The position numbers and the translations under genes were made by a program. A stretch of DNA of 64,000 nt from Candidatus Poribacteria bacterium (GTDB lineage Bacteria; Poribacteria; WGA-4E; WGA-3G): contig OZ243938.1 in assembly GCA_965214095.1 (NCBI GenBank), positions 3,040,001 to 3,104,000 on the forward strand, read 5' to 3'. Under the pieces are notes generated by a model. That model made no database searches. It saw only the letters and a program-made list of their open reading frames with translations, and was not told the origin of the DNA. This document shows, piece by piece, positions 59,550 to 64,000 of this stretch; positions within the stretch are counted from its first letter, which is position 1, and each line of letters starts with the position of its first letter.

Positions 59550-60983
59550 TTATTTGATGTCGTATTCGGTTAACTTTGTATGCAATGTGTTTCGGTTGAT
59601 TCCGAGAATTTCTGACGCTTTACTCCGATTGCCTTCTGTGTGTTCTAACACGATTTCAAAGAGCGGTTTTTCAAAAATTGATCGTATTGCTGTATACAAT
59701 TGTCCATCATCTGTTTCAGATTCCAAATAGTTTGCCACCTGTCTTTGTAGAAGTGTATAGATCTGTTGGTTAGAATCTTGGTGGTCTATCGACGTATCTG
59801 AAATTGACTTTTCAAATATTGGTGAAAAATGTTCTGTTAGAAGTATCTGTCCGGCACACATGACAAGGGCACGTTTAATTGCGTTCTCAAGTTCACGAAC
59901 ATTACCGGGCCATTCATATTCTGTAAGTCTCTTGATTGTGTCAGAAGAAATTCCAATTCTTGGAAGTTGATATTCATGTGCAAAACGGCTTGTAAAGAGG
60001 TCAATCAACTCAGGTATATCTTCTTTCCGTTCCCTAAGAGGAGGTAGCATAATAGTGATGACATTAAGACGGTAGTAAAGATCATCACGAAATGTTTTTT
60101 GCGATATTGCTGTATCAAGTTGTCGGTTCGTTGCAGCAATAATCCGTACGTTCACTGATCGAGTATCATTACTTCCCACTGGTTCTATTTTTCGTTCTTG
60201 AAGGACGCGTAGTAACTTCATTTGCACATCAATAGGTAATTCTCCAACTTCGTCAAGGAAAATCGTGCCACTGTCTGCTTGTTCAAACTTACCTTTCCGA
60301 TCCGTGTGTGCATCCGTAAATGCGCCTTTAACATGCCCAAAAAGTGTGCTTTCAATAAGAGTTGGTGGAATAGCACTACAGTCAACAACAACAAACGGAT
60401 TTTCACAACGTAGACTATTCTCATGAATCAGTTTCGCAACTAATTCTTTTCCAGTGCCACTTTCACCCATAATAAGCACGGTTTCGTCACTAACTGCACC
60501 TCGACCAATGATTTGATAAACGGCTTGCATTGCTGGACTTTGTCCGACCATTCTGTCCTGTGTGTCAATCGCCTGTGTGGTTTGTGCAACACCGATTCCT
60601 GTTTCCTCTTTTGTAATACTGGCTGCAGAGGCAGCGCGATCTATAAGTTCAAGCAATTCATTACGGTCAATTGGTTTTGTGAGGTAACTATATGCCTGTC
60701 GTTTTGCCGCTTCAATAGCAGTCTGTGTTGTTCCGTGCCCCGTAATAATAATAATGGCAGCTGCTGGATTCAGTTCTTGTATAGATTCTATCAATTCCAG
60801 TCCATCGGCATCACCTAAGAAGATATCCAGCAGTATGACATCAAATTCATCTTTCTGGACACAACCTACTGCTTCCTTCCCATTTTTTGCTTGGACTGTG
60901 TCATATCCTGCCTTTTTTAACGCAGCACTTAGGACGGAACGAAGGCTATTGTCGTCATCTGCAATTAAGACTGAATAAGACAT
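59550..60983 (-). CDS. Sigma-54-dependent response regulator (NtrC family)
   Basis: Receiver domain, GESGTGKE, GAFTDA, WPGNVREL and Fis-type HTH. Confidence 0.95.
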   Translation of the reverse strand: MSYSVLIADDDNSLRSVLSAALKKAGYDTVQAKNGKEAVGCVQKDEFDVILLDIFLGDADGLELIESIQELNPAAAIIIITGHGTTQTAIEAAKRQAYSYLTKPIDRNELLELIDRAASAASITKEETGIGVAQTTQAIDTQDRMVGQSPAMQAVYQIIGRGAVSDETVLIMGESGTGKELVAKLIHENSLRCENPFVVVDCSAIPPTLIESTLFGHVKGAFTDAHTDRKGKFEQADSGTIFLDEVGELPIDVQMKLLRVLQERKIEPVGSNDTRSVNVRIIAATNRQLDTAISQKTFRDDLYYRLNVITIMLPPLRERKEDIPELIDLFTSRFAHEYQLPRIGISSDTIKRLTEYEWPGNVRELENAIKRALVMCAGQILLTEHFSPIFEKSISDTSIDHQDSNQQIYTLLQRQVANYLESETDDGQLYTAIRSIFEKPLFEIVLEHTEGNRSKASEILGINRNTLHTKLTEYDIK

Positions 60984-61024
60984 GAATTTTGTTTCCTTTT
61001 GATCAGCAAAGTTACAATAGGTAC

Positions 61025-62590
61025 CTACATGCCAGGTTCTAAGTTACAAGGTAACGTTAGAACAAATGCAGTACCAGTAGATAGGTTTTTATCTACTTCT
61101 ATGCTCCCACCGTGAAGTCCCAATATCTTTTGGCTTATGTATAGACCAAGTCCGGTTCCCTTCTGTTTTGTTGTATAGAATGCATCAAACAGATGTGGTA
61201 TTTCATTCTGTGAAATACCCGGTCCAGTATCTTGTATCCGAATGTTCACTGTTTCAGTTTTTTCTTGTGTGTAAGTGTTAACTGTTAGTGTTCCCCCTGT
61301 TTCCATTGCTTCAATTGCATTAGAAAAAAGGTTGAAAATGACCTGGGTTATCCCATCCTGGTTGAGGTTCACAGGTGGACATTCGGTGTAGTCTCGGACG
61401 ACATCAATATTATGTCTGTCAAATTCCGGTTGATACGTAGCAAGACAGTTTTCAAGTAATTTATCAATCTGGCAAAGTTCTGCATCCGCTATTGCCGGTT
61501 TTCCGAAAGCAAGTAGCTGCTCAATAGAGCGGTTAAGTCTATCAACTTCTTTGATTATAATTGACGTGTATTCATCAATTTCTGTTTGCTCCTCTTTGGG
61601 GAGCGGTGCAAACCTATCAGAAGGTTCGCTGAGAAGTTGTGTTGCCAATCGGATGCTACCGAGTGGATTTCGCACCTCGTGAGCAATCGTTGTTACCAGT
61701 TTACCGAGAGCAGCTAAACGTTCGGATTGGACTAATGCATCAATTGTCTGTTTGATCTTGACCCGTTGTGCGATGATTGAGGCGATGATTGTTAGCACCT
61801 GTTCATCTTCGGCGGCAGAGAGTTCATCTTTCGCTTTGTCAATAATCAATGTGCCGATGACTCTTTCCTCAACAAAAATGGGTAGCACCCAAAAGGCAAT
61901 ATTATCTTTAGATTCAATGAGGTCAGGAGGAAAAAGTTTAACTGAAGGACGCGGAATGCGGGTTCTTGGGACCCCTTTTGCTTTGCCGTCTGCCAGTACC
62001 TCCCGCTCAAATTCCTCTATTTGGTGATCTGTCCCACGTTTTTGCTCCGCTTCAGTTAATCCTAAGACCGCATTCACCGATTTTACCACCTGTCCATTTT
62101 CATAAAGGTTTAATGTGCCACGATATATACCGAGACGTTCAGAGAGGATTTCAATGATTCGGTGAAATAGTTCCTCAAGTTCAAGTGCTGCATTTGCTGC
62201 TTGACTTACCTCAAACACAATGGACAGGTCTCGCACCCGTTTTTCTAATGTTGATTTCTCGCTACTGACCCGATCAACTTCTTTAGCGCGATCCAATCGT
62301 TGAATCCGTAGTTGACGTATTGTTCTAACAAAAATAAACGCTACAATCGGATATAGAAACGCTACTGCAAAACTCTCAAACTGTTTTGGATGCTGCAAAG
62401 CATACACCCAATTTGCAGCAGTTGTCAATCCGAGTAATAAATTCTGATTACGTGTATTACCGTATATGGCGGCTAACAATATCACACCGTAATAAAGGTG
62501 TGAAACGGTGAAATAATACTGATGTGCTCCCGATACGTATACAATAATATTGGCACATAGCACACCGAGTGCTAAAAATATAGTTTTCAT
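61025..62590 (-). CDS. Membrane sensor histidine kinase with GAF domain
   Basis: N-terminal TM helices, GAF domain, AHEVRNPL, NAIEA, DTGPG and GTGLGL. Confidence 0.92.
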   Translation of the reverse strand: MKTIFLALGVLCANIIVYVSGAHQYYFTVSHLYYGVILLAAIYGNTRNQNLLLGLTTAANWVYALQHPKQFESFAVAFLYPIVAFIFVRTIRQLRIQRLDRAKEVDRVSSEKSTLEKRVRDLSIVFEVSQAANAALELEELFHRIIEILSERLGIYRGTLNLYENGQVVKSVNAVLGLTEAEQKRGTDHQIEEFEREVLADGKAKGVPRTRIPRPSVKLFPPDLIESKDNIAFWVLPIFVEERVIGTLIIDKAKDELSAAEDEQVLTIIASIIAQRVKIKQTIDALVQSERLAALGKLVTTIAHEVRNPLGSIRLATQLLSEPSDRFAPLPKEEQTEIDEYTSIIIKEVDRLNRSIEQLLAFGKPAIADAELCQIDKLLENCLATYQPEFDRHNIDVVRDYTECPPVNLNQDGITQVIFNLFSNAIEAMETGGTLTVNTYTQEKTETVNIRIQDTGPGISQNEIPHLFDAFYTTKQKGTGLGLYISQKILGLHGGSIEVDKNLSTGTAFVLTLPCNLEPGM

Positions 62591-62625
62591 GAGTCATCTA
62601 CGTGCCGTTTAGGGAATACTTGACC

Positions 62626-63228
62626 TTACAATTTCAAGAAATTTGACAACATTTTCAGACCGACGCGTCCGCTTTTCTCCAAATGAAATTGTGTTGCAAT
62701 AAGATTATTATGTGCAATCGCGCTACAAAACTCAAGACCGTAAGTTGTTTTTCCGATGATGGTTTCTTTGTTAACAGGGACAGGATAATATGAGTTGACA
62801 AAGTAAAAGTGTGCAGGATTAGGCACACCCTCAAATATCTTATGTTGTTGTGCTTGCCAGACTTCATTCCATCCGATTTGAGGAACTTTTAGATGCTTTT
62901 CAGCAGGATACTTCTTGACAAAACCGGGAAGCAGTCCAAGGCATTCGGTATCCTCTTCCTCACTATGTTCAAAAAGGATTTGTATACCGATACAGATACC
63001 TAACATCGGCTTACCGGTATCGTAAAATTTGAGGAGCACTTCGTCAAGAGAGCCTTTCTGTAGATTTCCCATAGTTGCTTTTGCTGCACCGACTCCAGGG
63101 AAGATAACGCGTTCTGCAGATAAGATGGTTTCTATATCATCGGTGATTCGGTTTTCGTAACCGAGGCTATCCAATGCGCGGGCTACGCTTGTTAGGTTTC
63201 CTGCTTTGTAGTCAATAATTGCTATCAT
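62626..63228 (-). CDS. hisH: Imidazole glycerol phosphate synthase glutaminase subunit
   Basis: IIDYKAGNL, PGVG, GICIG, VPQIGWN and QFHLEKS. Confidence 0.95.
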   Translation of the reverse strand: MIAIIDYKAGNLTSVARALDSLGYENRITDDIETILSAERVIFPGVGAAKATMGNLQKGSLDEVLLKFYDTGKPMLGICIGIQILFEHSEEEDTECLGLLPGFVKKYPAEKHLKVPQIGWNEVWQAQQHKIFEGVPNPAHFYFVNSYYPVPVNKETIIGKTTYGLEFCSAIAHNNLIATQFHLEKSGRVGLKMLSNFLKL

Positions 63229-63257
63229 ATATGTCTAGTAGTTCTGACAAAATTAGT

Positions 63258-63388
63258 TTATAGTGAAATCTATAATTACTTGCACACAAGTGTACACAAA
63301 CTGGCAGTTTGTGCTACGGCACAGTCCAGTCCGTTGGTTTAGGTCTCACGTACCAAAAGTGTGCATATATTTTTGTATTTCACTATAA
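63258..63388. mobile_element. Family-A MITE-like element (inverted copy of 52834-52993 lacking one REP hairpin)
   Basis: TIR ttatagtgaaat / atttcactataa; shared interior acggcacagtccagtccgtt.gtttaggtctcacgtaccaaaagtgtgcatatat. Confidence 0.8.
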
Positions 63389-63425
63389 ATCAAAAAGCTT
63401 GTATTATTAAGGTATACTGAAAATA

Positions 63426-63905
63426 TTAAGCCTCAATCTCTTGCAGCTGCTTATGAAGGTTTGCCATTTCTATTGCGGTTACCGCAGCCTCAGCACCTTT
63501 GTTGCCTGCCTTTGTACCTGCACGTTCAATTGCTTGCTCAATCGTATCTGTGGTGATAATTCCATAACTAATCGGAACACCAGTTTGGAGTGAAACTTGC
63601 GCGATACCTTTGGCACTTTCACCCGCAACATAATCAAAGTGAGGCGTAGCACCACGAATGACAGCACCGATACAGATAAGCGCATCGTATCGCTTGCTTT
63701 CAGCGAGTTGTTTAGCAATACTTGGTGTTTCAAAAGCACCGGGAATCCAGACAACATCTACTTCATCTAAGTCACCACCGTGTCGTTTTATCGCATCCAG
63801 TGCACCGTCCAGAAGTTTTGTTGTGATAAAACTATTAAAACGACTGACAATGATACCGAATTTTATTCCATTACAATTTAAGTTGCCTTCATAAACGTTT
63901 GGCAT
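63426..63905 (-). CDS. ribH: 6,7-dimethyl-8-ribityllumazine synthase
   Basis: [27 protein letters not shown] and AGTKAGNKG. Confidence 0.97.
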   Translation of the reverse strand: MPNVYEGNLNCNGIKFGIIVSRFNSFITTKLLDGALDAIKRHGGDLDEVDVVWIPGAFETPSIAKQLAESKRYDALICIGAVIRGATPHFDYVAGESAKGIAQVSLQTGVPISYGIITTDTIEQAIERAGTKAGNKGAEAAVTAIEMANLHKQLQEIEA

Positions 63906-64000
63906 AGTATCTCTTTCCTATATGAAAATTGGGATGTTCGTTTTAGAGGAGGTGACCAAGTTTCGTACGTTTTGTCTGTAGATAACGTTGGTTATATGGG

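Overview
Bacterial chromosomal window of roughly 40% GC. The giant cadherin/LRR secreted protein, the C-terminal tails (PLPVTLSSF...KLT.RWA.MK and ...AGDFSATRKMLI.K), the paired EutN genes and the dense intergenic repeats suggest Ca. Poribacteria, a sponge symbiont; this is inferred, not searched. Bases 1-13.6 kb are an accessory surface-protein region: a >2464-aa LRR/cadherin adhesin missing from the ORF track because it runs off the left edge, a metallopeptidase-LRR protein, three orphan C-terminal tail remnants, and a duplicated but gutted copy of the adhesin 5' end and promoter. It is followed by a lone 1133-aa Prim-Pol/helicase/Cys-cluster/wHTH protein with altered catalytic motifs. The remainder is mostly core genes (ELM1, TlpA, NCS2, pckG, Omp85, sat, nth, metG, AddB-like, hisH, ribH), plus a type IIG-like R-M gene and a PorU-like C25 protein near two BMC vertex genes and a sigma-54 two-component system. 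The best candidate for a new system is a lipid locus: YnbA/YnbB, an ElbD-like FAR-A-ACP-acyltransferase whose adenylation domain is substituted at three core motifs, and a HAD phosphatase. Intergenic DNA holds several MITE-like families carrying GTAG-type REP hairpins with co-varying stems, some nested. No rRNA, tRNA or CRISPR array was seen.
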